A stretch of 64,000 bases of DNA. It comes from Azolla caroliniana. Lineage: Eukaryota; Plantae; Polypodiophyta. The notes beneath the pieces are model-generated. The model had not been told where the DNA came from and made no database searches. It worked only from the letters and a program-made list of their open reading frames with translations. The translations under genes were made by a program, and so were the position numbers. The DNA is taken from contig JBHGNT010000016.1 in NCBI GenBank assembly GCA_043228905.1, forward strand, positions 2,852,001 to 2,916,000. The letters run 5' to 3'. Shown piece by piece: positions 19,786-31,917 of this stretch; positions within the stretch are counted from its first letter, which is position 1; each line of letters starts with the position of its first letter.

Positions 19786-20942
19786 TCTTCTTCTAATTGG
19801 CTAAGGACATCAAATTTGTTTGCGAGATTCGGACTATTAGTACTATTAGGACTATTATGACTATGAGGATTATCAGAGATTCCTACTGACATAGACTCGG
19901 GTTTAGTATAGTCAGAACTAACAATGACTTGGTTTACCTGCCTTCTTGGTCTATGGGGACAGTTTATCGCGATATGCCCTGGTCCACCGCAATAAAGGCA
20001 TAATCGGTTTGTTCGGCGTCGTTGCTTTTCCTCCTCCGATAGCGGCCCACGACGACGTGTAGTGTCAATTTCCATTGGAGTTGGAGTACTTACTGGAGGC
20101 GCATTATGTGACTCCCTTTGAAAAGGTTTCGCTACCACTGAGGCATAGGTAGGCTCGGATCTTGCCCTCGGCATCTGAAATTGTCGTTCCGAACGTCGCT
20201 CGAAGAGGCGGTTGTCACATCTGACCGCTCGACTGATTGCTTCTGTTAATGATTTTGGCTCTTCAGGGAAAGTCAAGAGTAAATCCTTGACATCATTGCG
20301 TAGACCATAGCGGAACTGCTCCATCAATGCTTGATCATCCCAGGGGATATCGGCGGCGAGTAGGCGGAAATCTGCAGCATATGCGGAGGCTGGACGGTCA
20401 CCTTGGCGTAATCGCCGGATTTTGTTGATTGCAGTCCTTATGCTGTCAGTATCTCCAAAACATGCTTTAAACTCACTTATGAATTCTTCAAAATTATTTA
20501 GTACTGGAGATTCCTTTTCTAGTAGCGGAGCGAACCATGCTAATGCTGAGCCATTTAACAACGTGCCTACTAAACCCACTCGTGATGCATCGGTGGGATA
20601 TCGGGACGGATGCATTTGAATAACTAACCGTACCTGGTTAAGAAACCCTCTAAACTGCGATCGCGTTCCATCGAACTTCGTGGGAAGGCCAATCTTGGGT
20701 TCTTTATGAATCCCTTGTGCTCCGTGCCCTTGTTGTTGCATTGCTACGATGGTTGCTTCGAGTTGTTGCACGCGTAACGCAAGTTCCCCATGCTGTTGTT
20801 GCGTTTGCTGCTTTTCTAAGGAAATTTGCTGAAGATCCCCCAACAAGCGTTGATTTTCTTGTTCCAAAGCATGAAACTTCTCTTTCAAGCATTGAAATTC
20901 CGAGAAAACGGATTGATACTCTTCAGCGCTAACGGTGGCCAT
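19773..20942 (-). CDS. gag: Element C Gag
   Basis: Motifs PTKFDG, LRQG, FRYGL, PTPMEID, zinc knuckle CLYCGGPGHIAINC. Confidence 0.94.
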   Translation of the reverse strand: MATVSAEEYQSVFSEFQCLKEKFHALEQENQRLLGDLQQISLEKQQTQQQHGELALRVQQLEATIVAMQQQGHGAQGIHKEPKIGLPTKFDGTRSQFRGFLNQVRLVIQMHPSRYPTDASRVGLVGTLLNGSALAWFAPLLEKESPVLNNFEEFISEFKACFGDTDSIRTAINKIRRLRQGDRPASAYAADFRLLAADIPWDDQALMEQFRYGLRNDVKDLLLTFPEEPKSLTEAISRAVRCDNRLFERRSERQFQMPRARSEPTYASVVAKPFQRESHNAPPVSTPTPMEIDTTRRRGPLSEEEKQRRRTNRLCLYCGGPGHIAINCPHRPRRQVNQVIVSSDYTKPESMSVGISDNPHSHNSPNSTNSPNLANKFDVLSQLEEELND

Positions 20943-21030
20943 GGGATGAAGGAAAAGGGAAATAAGAGACTAGTAGGAAAGGAGAGAGACAGAAGGAAGA
21001 GGGAGACTAGTAGGGAAAATCGGTTCAAAC

Positions 21031-21487
21031 TGTCAGGAACTCTATTAAGGCAGAGAAGGAATTAGTACTAAAAGAAGGATTAGTACTATTGTTGGGGAAT
21101 AGTACTAAGACAGAGAAGGATTAGTACTATGAGAGGTGTCGAACTTTGAGAGAAGGAATGAGTGAGTGAGAGAGAGAGAGAGAGAGAGAGAGAATGATGA
21201 TGCGAAAGATATATGTATTATATGACGGAAGATATACAACAGTAGTTAGAAGGCTTAAGACTGGCGTTGAACCGATTTGGTTCGAACTAATGCCTTGCGC
21301 CTCCTTTTATAGTGTCTTCAGGAATACTCCTGAAGTTTCTAGAATGTTCCAGAGAAATCTGGAATATACATCAATTTCCTAATAAAACCTAAATGAAAAT
21401 AATATCCTTCAAATTACAACTCATAACCTAATGGTAAAGTCTCGACCCGTGTAACAAAAGGTTATGGGTTCGAGTCTAGTTATGACA
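21031..21487 (-). repeat. Element C 5' LTR
   Basis: TATAAAA at 21311-21305, HSE at 21332-21349, A/B boxes at 21424-21476. Confidence 0.95.
21424..21476 (+). promoter_or_regulatory. tRNA-like Pol III A-box/B-box cassette, antisense within the LTR
   Basis: TAACCTAATGG...GGTTCGAGTC at tRNA spacing; equivalents at 16133, 25278, 26435, 32369 and 55438 (minus strand). Confidence 0.65.
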
Positions 21488-23722
21488 ATTACGAGGATTT
21501 TTCGACTGTGAGCAAGAAGCACGATCCGGGACGATATGATCCAAAACATCCTTGACAAAATCATCAGTGGCCATATGATCTCGAATGGAATCAAGAAGAG
21601 TGGAATTTTCAAGAGCTGTTATGGCGTTAACTACCATTAATCGTAATCGATTAGGACCCAAAAGGATTTGTTTTTGATGCTCAAAAGCAGGTTCCCCTGG
21701 ACGAAGTTCCATATAAGAGCGCCGAGAAAGAGCATCAGCTTTGCCTTGCTGCATCCCAGGGCGATATATGATGATAAAGTCGAAGTGAGTCAAAAATTGC
21801 GCCCACCGGGCTTGTCGCCGACTCAAGACTCGAGCATTTTGGAAATAAGTCAGGTTCTTATGATCATTGTAGACAATGATCTGCTGAGAAGAACCTTCTA
21901 GGAAATGTCGCCATTGTTGAAACGAATCCACGATTGCAAGAAGCTCTTTGTCATGGATCTCGTAGTTGATCTCTGCAGCTTCAAACTTTCGTGAATGAAA
22001 GGCGACAGGGTGTAGTTGTCCATCATCTCCAGTCTGCGAGAGGACACTCCCTAGTACAAAATCGGATGCATCGGCTTCGAGGATGAAGCATTTTGTTGGG
22101 TCGACATGTGCTAAGATAGGTGCCGTTGTAAATGCTCGTTTTAAGCTTTCGAATGCCTCGGATGCATTTGAACTCCATATAAATGGTTGATCTTTATGTG
22201 TGAGCTGAGTAAGCGGAAGCACAACCTTGGAATAATCTTTAATAAATTTTCGATAAAAATTTGCAAACCCGAGAAAACATTGCACATCACGCACTGAAAA
22301 GGGCGTTTGCCACTCTAAAATTGCTTGTACCTTCATTGGGTCCATAGCAAGACCATTTGAAGATACAACATACCCCAAAAATTCCACTTGATTCTGGCCG
22401 AAACTACACTTTTCTAATTTTGCGTAGAGACCATATTCTCGGAGTCGGCACAGTACTTGACGAACATGTGCATCATGCTCCTCTTGGGTCTTTGAGTAGA
22501 TTAAAATATCATCTAGGTAAACTATAGTGAAGATATCAAGAAAATCTCGAAAAATATCGTTCGCCATATGTTGGAAAACAGCAGGTGCATTCGTGAGACC
22601 AAATGGCATCACTGTATACTCAAAATGTCCATAGCGAGTGCGGAAAGCTGTCTTCCATTCATCCCCCGGGCGAATCCGAACTAGATTATATGCTCCGCGA
22701 AGGTCCAACTTCGTGAAATATTTTGCACCACTGAGACGTTCCAAAAGATTCGGGATTAATGGTAGAGCATATCTATTTCGGATAGTCACTTTGTTTAGCC
22801 CTCGATAATCCACGACCAACCGAAGAGTCCCATTCTTCTTCTTAACGAAGAAGATAGGTGCACCAGCAGGGGATCTAGAATGCCGAATGAATCCGTTTGC
22901 CAAATTCTCATCAATATATTCCCGCAAAGTCTCTAGCTCTACAGGGGAGAGATTATAAATTGGGCCCCATGGAGGTTCTTTCCCTGGTTGTAAGTCAATA
23001 GGGCAGTCATATGGCCGATGCTCCGGCAATGTATTGGCCTTCACCTTATCAAAGACATCTGAAAACTCCTTGTATTTCTCTGGTAGTTTAATATCCGCGT
23101 CACGTGAAGTGGATGATGGAGTTGCTACTATTGCGAAGAAGAACATGGCCTTGTTCCCCCCTTCCTCCCGCAACTGTCGTAAAGAGATGGGCGATAACTC
23201 TGGGGATCTATTAGCACATGTAGGAGAGAGGGATGCGGGATTTGTGCTTTTTTCCCGAGTCTCCTCAATTGTTCTTTTCATCCAATCAATCTTCGGGTTA
23301 TGGAGTTCAAACCAGGGGAGACCTAGAACTATTGGGTGGTCCGGACTACGAATAATATTGAAAGAGATTAGGCTTGCCAAATTGCCAAGAACTATCCTAA
23401 TTGGCTCGGACTCCTCGACTATATCTCCTGATGCTATGGGACGTCCATCGATGACTCCTACGGCTACTGGGTTGGGAAGCTTATTCAAGAGGATGTTTTG
23501 TGACAAGGCAAATTCACGATCCATGAAACAAGAGTTGGCTCCAGAATCTAGAAGGGCAGAGGCTAGGACTCGATGACATGTAGATGTGGTAAGCTCGACT
23601 TGTGCTGAAAAAACTCGACTCACTTGATTTGATGAAATGGAACCACGACTAGGAACTAACTCTACATAGCTAGGATGGTCCAGCCAAATGGCTCCTATTT
23701 TGGCCGGACTTACTCGTTTAAC
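21488..23722 (-). pseudogene. pol: Element D Pol, 5' part (PR, RT, RNase H), cut by the C insertion
   Basis: ORF 21476-23623 with LLDSGA, YLDD, ADASD; the frame is open back to the slippery site. Confidence 0.9.
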
Positions 23723-24834
23723 ACATCCTCTAATTGACTCAAGACATCGAATCTATTCTCATGACATGGACTATGAGGCTTATTTATGTTATTAGAAGTA
23801 ACAATAGAACTCGATGTAGGGTTTTCATGGGCACTTACTTGGTATACTTGACGCCTAGGTTTATGTGGACAATTTACAGCTATATGTCCTGGACCACCAC
23901 AATACAGGCAGAGGCGATGCGCTCGACGTCGTTGCTTCTCAGCATCTGATAACGGCCCACGACGTTGTGTTGACTCTATTTCCATCGGAGTTGGGCCATC
24001 CCTTGTAATGGGTCTAGAAACTTGTGGAGGCGTTGCGACTACGGAAGCGTAAGTCTGTTCAGGTTGGCGGCGTAACATTTGTTGGCGCTCAGAACGTCGC
24101 TCAAATAGGCGATTATCACATCGCACAGCTCGACTAATGGCTTCTGTAAGTGACTTCGGATCTTCAGGGAAAGTAAGAAGAAGATCTTTGACATCATTTC
24201 TCAAACCTTGACGGAATTGATCCATTAAAGCTGCCTCATCCCAAGGGATATCGCATGCCAAGAGACGAAAATCGGCTGCATAAGACGACGCGGGACGATC
24301 TCCTTGTCGGAGCCTTCGAATCTTGTTTATCGCTGTCCTAGTGCTGTCGGTGTCTCCGAAACTAGCTTGAAACTCTTTAACAAAGGCCTCGAAATCCTCT
24401 AGCAATGGTGATTTCTTCTCGAGAAGTGGTGCGAACCATGCTAACGCCGTACCGCATAGCAAAGTTCCCACTAATCCCACACGAGCAGCATCAGTTGGAT
24501 ACCGATTGGGATGTAGCTGAATAACTAAACGAACTTGATTCAAAAAGCCTCGAAATAAAGACCTCGTACCATCAAACTTGGCAGGGAGGCTGATCTTTGG
24601 CTCTCTAGGGGAGTTCTGAGCCCCCGACACTTGCTCTCGTAATGACAATATAGTCGCCTCAAGTTGATGAACCCGCTGTGATAACTCTTCATATTGTTGA
24701 GCTTTTTCGGCGCTCACGTGTTGTAGATCTCCAAGTAGCCTTTGATTCTCATGCTCTAATGCCACAAATTTATTCGTGAGCATGTCGAGCTCAGAAAGAA
24801 CACGCATGTATTCTTGTTTGCTCACGGACTCCAT
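23710..24834 (-). CDS. gag: Element D Gag
   Basis: 374 aa, homologous to C Gag, with a CCHC knuckle. Confidence 0.93.
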   Translation of the reverse strand: MESVSKQEYMRVLSELDMLTNKFVALEHENQRLLGDLQHVSAEKAQQYEELSQRVHQLEATILSLREQVSGAQNSPREPKISLPAKFDGTRSLFRGFLNQVRLVIQLHPNRYPTDAARVGLVGTLLCGTALAWFAPLLEKKSPLLEDFEAFVKEFQASFGDTDSTRTAINKIRRLRQGDRPASSYAADFRLLACDIPWDEAALMDQFRQGLRNDVKDLLLTFPEDPKSLTEAISRAVRCDNRLFERRSERQQMLRRQPEQTYASVVATPPQVSRPITRDGPTPMEIESTQRRGPLSDAEKQRRRAHRLCLYCGGPGHIAVNCPHKPRRQVYQVSAHENPTSSSIVTSNNINKPHSPCHENRFDVLSQLEDVLNE

Positions 24835-24923
24835 AGCTTATGAGGGGAGAGGAGAAGGAAGAAGAGAACTTGTTAGGGTTTGTGGAAGACGAAGAGATGA
24901 AAGGAAAAAAAATTGGTTCAAAC

Positions 24924-25394
24924 TGTCAAGACTGAGAGAGAGAAAGAGAGAGAAAAAGAGATAGAGAGATAATTGAAAGAGAATTATTATATTGAAGCGT
25001 AAAATGGATTACAAAGAGTAGGCTACAAAATGGCGTCGAACCAATTTAGGTTTGGGATGGGTGGTAGATCCCTATTTATAAGTAATAGAGAACTCTCTAG
25101 AATATTCTAGGTTATCCTAGAATGTAGAGTAATCTAGAAGATCTCTAGAGTATTCTAGAAGGTTCTAGTGGTATAGAACACTCTAGAATATTCTAGGTCA
25201 TTCTAGAATGTAGAGTAATATAGAATATTCCTATGATATTAGATTTCATATTCTAGAGACTATACATATAAGAATATTAATACAATGGTTAAGGATTTGA
25301 CATGTGTACAACAAGGTCGTGGGTTCAAATCCTTTCGAGTCATAACGTGAGTGTCATGATCCTTTCGATGCATGATGTGACTGTTATCATGACA
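24924..25394 (-). repeat. Element D 5' LTR with a TTCTAGAA-rich heat-shock-element array (25090-25230)
   Basis: TG..CA termini; matches 14134-14402. Confidence 0.9.
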
Positions 25395-26504
25395 ACCGGT
25401 TGGTTACGGTTTTGGAAGGAAAATAGCCGATAAGGGCAAGCAGGGAGCGGTTTGTCAAGCCGGAAAGGCACACACGGGAGTGGAACGGAATATGTGCTTG
25501 TGGCCATCAAGGGCCGAAGCAAGCACGAGTACGTGACAGTGTTTGGCACGGGCGGTGCCGAACAAGGATGGCGGAAGACGGCACACGGAGGTGTCGGGAA
25601 CGAGGTAACATGGGCGCATAAACGGACTACACGGGATGGAGACCGGGAACAAGATCGAGGGCCGGAGAAGGACCCTCCACACCCGCTCCGGAGATCTCGG
25701 CGGCTCAGTCGGAGTGGCTACGACTGGCGTGGCGGGCCGAACCGAGATAACAAGCTGGTGGGGGCGAGGGGACGATAGCAAGCAAAAGGCTCTGGATTGG
25801 TCACAGCAGCGCGAGACGAAAGGGAGCCAAGCGGGCTACTACGGGGTGTTACTCGGACGCGGAGGACACTGGTATGCGGAGAAGCGGCGATGCACGATCT
25901 GGCCGGGCGAGGGCTGACGATGCGTTCATAGGACGAAACCGGGGTTCAGTACGGGCGGAGCCGAACACGAGAAGGGGGATACGCGGCACACGGAGGTGCC
26001 GGAACATGAGTACAGGTGCGAAGGCGGGTTGCCGGTGCAGGTGATCTCGCGTAGGAGGCTGGAGAGGGATCCTCCACACTGTCAGGAATTAGTACTAAAG
26101 AAGAGCAGTACTATTAGTACTAAGAGGACGGGACTGCGTAAGACTCCCGAGAGAGAGAGAAAAAGAGAAGCGGAAAGAGAGATAGCGAGAATGAGAGAGA
26201 GAGAAGGATGATGACAACAACTCTTATATTATATGAAAGATAAGTACAAATCGGCTAAGAGGCTTAAGACTGGTGTTGAACCAATTTGGTTCAACATAAT
26301 GCCTAGTGCCTTCTTTTATAGTGTTGTCATGAGTAATCTTGAAACTTCTAGAATGTTCCAGAGAAATCTGGAATATACATTACTTTCTTATAATAAAACA
26401 TAAATGGAAATAATATCTTATGAATTATAATAGATGGTGCGATGGTTAAGAGCTCGACCCATATACCATAAGGTTATGGGTTCGAGTCTTGCCATATCAT
26501 GACA

Positions 26505-29500
26505 CTGTCTCCCCCATAAAGATGACGAGTGGAACGAGTCGGCGCTGATTGCGGACCGGGTTTGTCCGGATACTTTCGGTGGAAATCAGCAAGCAGATCC
26601 TGAGCATTGGCAACATGTTCGACGGGTTCCCAAGTGCGTTCGCTCGGACTATAACCAAGCCAATCGACCAAATAATAAAGTTTGTTGCGAATAAGTTTGG
26701 AATCGAGGATGGCAGCAACTTCATACTTCGGGTCGGCGTCCAACTCCAGCGGCGGCGGCGGCGGTGTAACACGATCGGGAATGGTGTTTGCTTTATAAGG
26801 TTCAAGAAGAGAACAATGGAAAACCGGATGTATCTGAAGCTGTGGAGGGAGATCGAGGCGAAATGTGACATCATTAACCTTACCCGTAATATGGAAAGGA
26901 CCGAGTCGTCGATAATCCAACTTGTTGCACGGTCGAGTAGTCTTGATGTGACGACGTAAGAGCCATACTCGATCTCCGATGGCAAAAGAGGAGGGAAGCT
27001 GATGACGATCCACGTAAGTCTTCTGTGTCTGTTGAGCATGACGAAGATGAGTCGAGAGATCTGTTTGGATCTTGCGTAGTCTCTCCAAATGATCCCCGAC
27101 ACGAGGATTGGTAGGTAACTCCGGGGTGTCGATCACCGACCAGCGAGGATGAGAACCGGTATAAGCGTAGAATGGGGAGACTCGAGTCGAGGAGTGAACA
27201 ACATTATTATACGCAAACTCCGCAAAGTGGAGAATCTTGGCCCAATCGTCCTGTTGATAACTCAGGAAACACTTGAGATATTGCTCCAGCGTTTGGTTTG
27301 TTCGTTCCGCCTGCCCATCGGTCTGAGGATGGTAGCCGGAGGAGAGGTTGCAAGAGACCTTGAGCATCTTGAAGAGATGCTGCCAAAATTTGGAGACAAA
27401 TTGCGGTCCTCGGTCATTGATGATACTGTCTGGGAGGCCATGATGCCGGAATACCTCACGCATGACTAGGGCGGCGGTTTCCTCGCTAGTGATGGCCTTA
27501 GTACACGGAACAAAATGTGTCATCTTCGTATATCGATCGACGACGGTTAAGATAACATCGAACCCCTGCGAGACCGGCAGATCTGTGATAAAATCAAGAC
27601 AAATAGACTGCCACGACTTACTTGGAATCGGTAAGGGTTCCAACAAGCCATATGGATGGTGTCGTGGCATCTTTGCTCGGCAGCTAGCATCACAAGTCCG
27701 AATGTAGTCGTCGACAAAACGGCGCATGTGGGGCCACCAAAAAGATCGCTACACTAGCTCCAACGTCTTAGTACTACCGAAATGTCCCGCCGTATGGGTG
27801 TCATGACAATGTTGGACGATTTGAAGGCGACAGGAGCAATCAGGGACATATACGCGCTTTTTAAAGAATAACAAACCATCATGATATTCAAATTGTCCAT
27901 AGTCAATACCTGGTTGTTGAGACTGAGAACAAGATGCCCAAGAAGTATCAATGTGTGCCAGGATGTCTTGAGCAAAACTATCCATCTTCAAGTTTGCACG
28001 TATGTCATCGGTAATCCGTGAATCCATCGGGGTGTGAAAAATCTGCGTCGTGTGCAGTCGTGTTGGTCCCAAGATTACTTGCTTTTGATTATCAAATGTT
28101 GGATCACCAGGACGAGGTGCAAGATATGAACGCCGTGATAGTGCATCTGCTTTTCCTTGCTGCTTTCCCGGTCGATATGTGATTTTGAAGTCGAAATGCG
28201 TGAGGAATTGCGCTCACCAAGCTTGCCGTTGATTTAGTACGCGAGCATTCTGGAAATAAGCAAGATTTTTATGATCACTAAAGACAATGACCTGATGTGG
28301 AGAGCCCTCTAAGAAATGCCGCCATTGCACAAATGAATCCACGATGGCTAATAACTCCTTGTCATGTATTTCGTAGTTGATTTCTGCGACATCGAATTTG
28401 CGCGAATGGAAAGCCACTGGATGCAACTCTTCTTTATCTCCTTGTTGAGAAATGATGCTACCGAGGGCGAAATCTGAAGCATCGGCCTCCATGATGAATG
28501 GTTTGCTGGTATCCACATGAGCTAGAATCGGTGCTATGTAAAGGCTTTCTTAAGATGCCGAAAAGCCATATCTGCTTCGATGGACCAAAGAAATTCTTGG
28601 CCCTTCTTCGTAAGTTGTGTGAGGGGTAAAATAATCTTTGAATAATCCTGTATAAACTTACGGTAGAAGTTAGCAAAACCTAGAAAACATTGTACATCTC
28701 GTACTGACCGTGGAATTTGCCACTCTAGTACAGTTTGGACTTTAGCTAGATCCATGGCGATGCCCTTTGAGGAGATGACATAGCCTAGAAATTCCACTTG
28801 CTTGCAGTCAAAGCTACATTTTTCTAGCTTGGCATAAAGACCATTCTCGCGGAGTCGCTTTAGTACTAATAGTACATGAGAATCGTGCTCTTGCTGGGTC
28901 TTCGAATAAATCAATAGATCATCCAGATAGATGATCAAACAGATATCCAAGAGGTCTCTGAATATATCTTTTGCCATGTGTTGGAAGACTGCGGGTGCAT
29001 TGGTTAAGCCGAACGGCATAACAGTATACTCGAAATGCCCATACCGCGTGCGAAAGGCGGTCTTCCATTCATCTCCCGATCGGATCCGCACGAGGTTATA
29101 CGCTCCTCGTAGATCGATTTTGGTAAAAAACTTGGCACCATTAACTCACTCTAAAAGACTTGATATAAGAGGAAGTGCATACCTATTCCGGATGGTGACC
29201 TTATTCAATCCGCGGTAATCAACGACGAGACGAAGTGAGCCATCTTTCTTCTTGACAAAGAAGATGGGTGCACCGGCCGGAGATTTCGAATGACGGATGA
29301 ACCCGCTTGCCAAGTTCTCCTCTATCTAGGCTCGAAGGACTTCTAACTCGGTGGGTGACAAGTTGTAAATTGGTCCCCATGGTGGCTCGGTTCCTGGTTG
29401 TAAATTGATGGGACAGTCATAGGGACGGTGATGAGGAAGGGTACCGGCTTTTACCTTGTCAAATACATCGACATAACGATGATATTTTGCCGGAAGTTGT

Positions 29501-30096
29501 ACTGAGGAGTCCTTCTTAATAGTGCTGGAAGGATGTATTGATATTACAAATAGGAACATTGCCTCCTTGTGTCCTTCTTCGCGTAATTGATGGAGTGAAA
29601 TGGTCGAAACTCGGTGAGTAGATTCTTGGGGTGGTCGATATCAGACTTCTCTTGTTCTCCAATCTATGGCTGGATTATGTAATTCAAACCAAGGTAATCC
29701 TAGGACAATGGGATGCTCTGGACTACTAATTATATTAAATGATATTACACACACAAAACTACCTAGGACAACTTGAATGGGTTCTGATTCTTCTACAATA
29801 TTCCCGGAAGCAATGGGACGACCATCAATGACTACTACAGATGCGGGACAAGGAAGTTTTCTTAGGGATATCTGAGAAGCTTGGGCAAAATTTCGATCCA
29901 TGAAACAGGAATTAGCTCCGGAATCTAAAAGTGCTAGGATGGGTACTGGGAGAGTACTTTTAGTACTAACAATGACTTGGGCTAGGAACACATTGCTAAC
30001 TTGCTTGGAAGGAATGGAACCACTAATGGGCTGTACAGATCTAGGGCTGCTGTCCAACCAAACAGCTCTTATTTTGGCTGGACTCAATCGTTTAAC
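26505..30096 (-). pseudogene. pol: Element E pol (stops/frameshifts)
   Basis: ORF fragments 29641-30087, 29326-29559, 28534-29091, 28214-28516, 27749-28072 and 26474-27727 align with C Pol. Confidence 0.9.
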
Positions 30097-30303
30097 TCTT
30101 CATCTAATTGACTAAGGATTTCAAATTTGTTTGAGATACTTGGGCTATTAGTACTATGAATACTATTTGACACTCCGAAGAGAAGAATTGACTCGGGTTT
30201 AGTACAGGCGACGATTTGATTTACCTGTCTTCTTGGCCTATGGGGACAATTGATGGCGATATGCCCTGGTCCACCGCAATAAAGACATAATCGATTGGCA
30301 CGT

Positions 30304-30440
30304 TGTCGTGAAGATTTTCATCCACAAGCGGAAACCCGAGCAACGAGAGCCAAAGAGCGATGTGCAACGTTGCACACGTACATAATGTATTTGTAATAGT
30401 AATAAAGGTATAAAGGTGATGTGGTTGTACGCACATCCAC

Positions 30441-30486
<46 letters not shown>

Positions 30487-31005
30487 CTATGCGGTACATA
30501 GGTACCTAGTTGTTTGTGAGGAGGTGGGAGTTAAGGGGCCATCAATCTCACCCTCCCCCAAATCAAGGCAAATATCCCCTTTGAATGAAAGGGGATATTT
30601 TAGTCTCACTTTTGTAAGCGGTCTTCCCTCCTTGTGCTATAAAAGGAGAGAGAAGGCACCATTGTGGGGTTTGCCTATTTTGTGTGAGTAAGGTATACCA
30701 CTTAGTCGAGGGTTCTACTTCTTCCCATTTCGTTTTAGGGTTAGGGTTTCGGTTAGGGTTTTCTTCTTGGGTTTCCCTTTAGGGTTTTCATATAGTCGTT
30801 TGGGGCGGCCATGGCGGCCACCATTTGTTGTAATCATTCATTTCTTAATAGAACTTCTTGTTGAGTATCTTGATTGCATCTTCTTCTTCTATCATAATGT
30901 CATATTCGTTCTCTTCTCCTCTTGAGCTAATCTTTCTCCTCCACTCCCTAGTCCAAGACCCCCGTGGTCCCGCCCTTCTACACGCACGCGCGTAATAACG
31001 CGACA
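30304..31005 (+). mobile_element. Solo LTR of a W-related family
   Basis: TGTCGTGAAG..CGCGACA termini, ACGT TSD on both sides, conserved GACCCCCGTGGTCCC U5 motif. Confidence 0.88.
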
Positions 31006-31009
31006 ACGT

Positions 31010-31917
31010 TGTCGTTGCGTTTCTTCTTCCGATAACGGGCCGCGTCAATGCATGGTATCGATCTCCATCGGTGTCGAAGTATTTGCTTGAGGTATGTCTC
31101 GTGCAAACGGTTTTGCCGCGACTGCGGCGTAAGTGGGCTCTGGCCTAGAGCGTGGTATCTGTAATTGATGTTCCGAACGCCGTTCGAAAAGGCGGTTGTC
31201 ACATCGGACCGCTCGACTGATTGCCTCTGTAAGAGACTTTGGTTCTTCGGGGAAAGTTAGAAGTAGATCTTTGACATCGTTTCGTAGGCCATAGCGAAAC
31301 TGCTCCATTAGTGCTTGATCATCCCAGGGTATATCTGAAGCGAGTAGGCGGAAATCCGCAGCGTAGGCAGAGGCTGGATGATCGCCTTGACGCAATCGCC
31401 GGATCTTGTTGATCGCCGTCCTGATGCTGTCGGTGTCTCCAAAGCAGGCTTTAAACTCACTAATAAAATCTTCAAAGTTATTAAGCAAGGGCGATTGTTT
31501 TTCTAGAAGCGGAGCGAACCATACTAAGGCTGAGCCGCTAAGCAACGTGCCTATTAAGCCGACTCGGGATGCATCAGTGGGATATCGGGAAGGATGCATT
31601 TGGAGGACTAATCGTACTTGATTAAGGAATCCCCTGAATTGCGATCGCGTTCCATCAAATTTCACAGGAAGTCCAATCTTCGGCTCTTTATGAAATCCTT
31701 GGGGACTTGATCCTTGTTGTTGCAATGCCGCTTCGAGTTGTTGCACCCGTAATGCTAACTCCCCATGCTATTGCTGTGTTTGTTGTTTTTCTAGAGCGAT
31801 TTGTTGCAGATCCCCTATCAGCCGTTGGTTTTCTTGTTCCAAGCCAACAAATTTTTCTTTTAAGCACTGTAGCTCGGAGAAAACGGATTGATATTCTTGG
31901 GCGCTAACAGTAGCCAT
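31010..31917 (-). pseudogene. gag: Element E gag, 5' part
   Basis: MATVSAQEYQSVFSE... homologous to C Gag, with an internal stop at ~31768. Confidence 0.87.

Larger units (their letters stand above)
15738..21487 (-). mobile_element. Full-length young Tcn1-like chromovirus C
   Basis: ATTAC TSD; LTRs of 459 and 457 bp that differ only by one GA unit as far as seen; PPT AAAGGGGGGATAG. Confidence 0.96.
14134..25394 (-). mobile_element. Tcn1-like chromovirus D, interrupted by C; 3' LTR partly deleted
   Basis: ACCGG TSD at 14129-14133 and 25395-25399; LTRs 14134-~14402 (truncated) and 24924-25394; gag, pol and chromodomain present. Confidence 0.92.
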
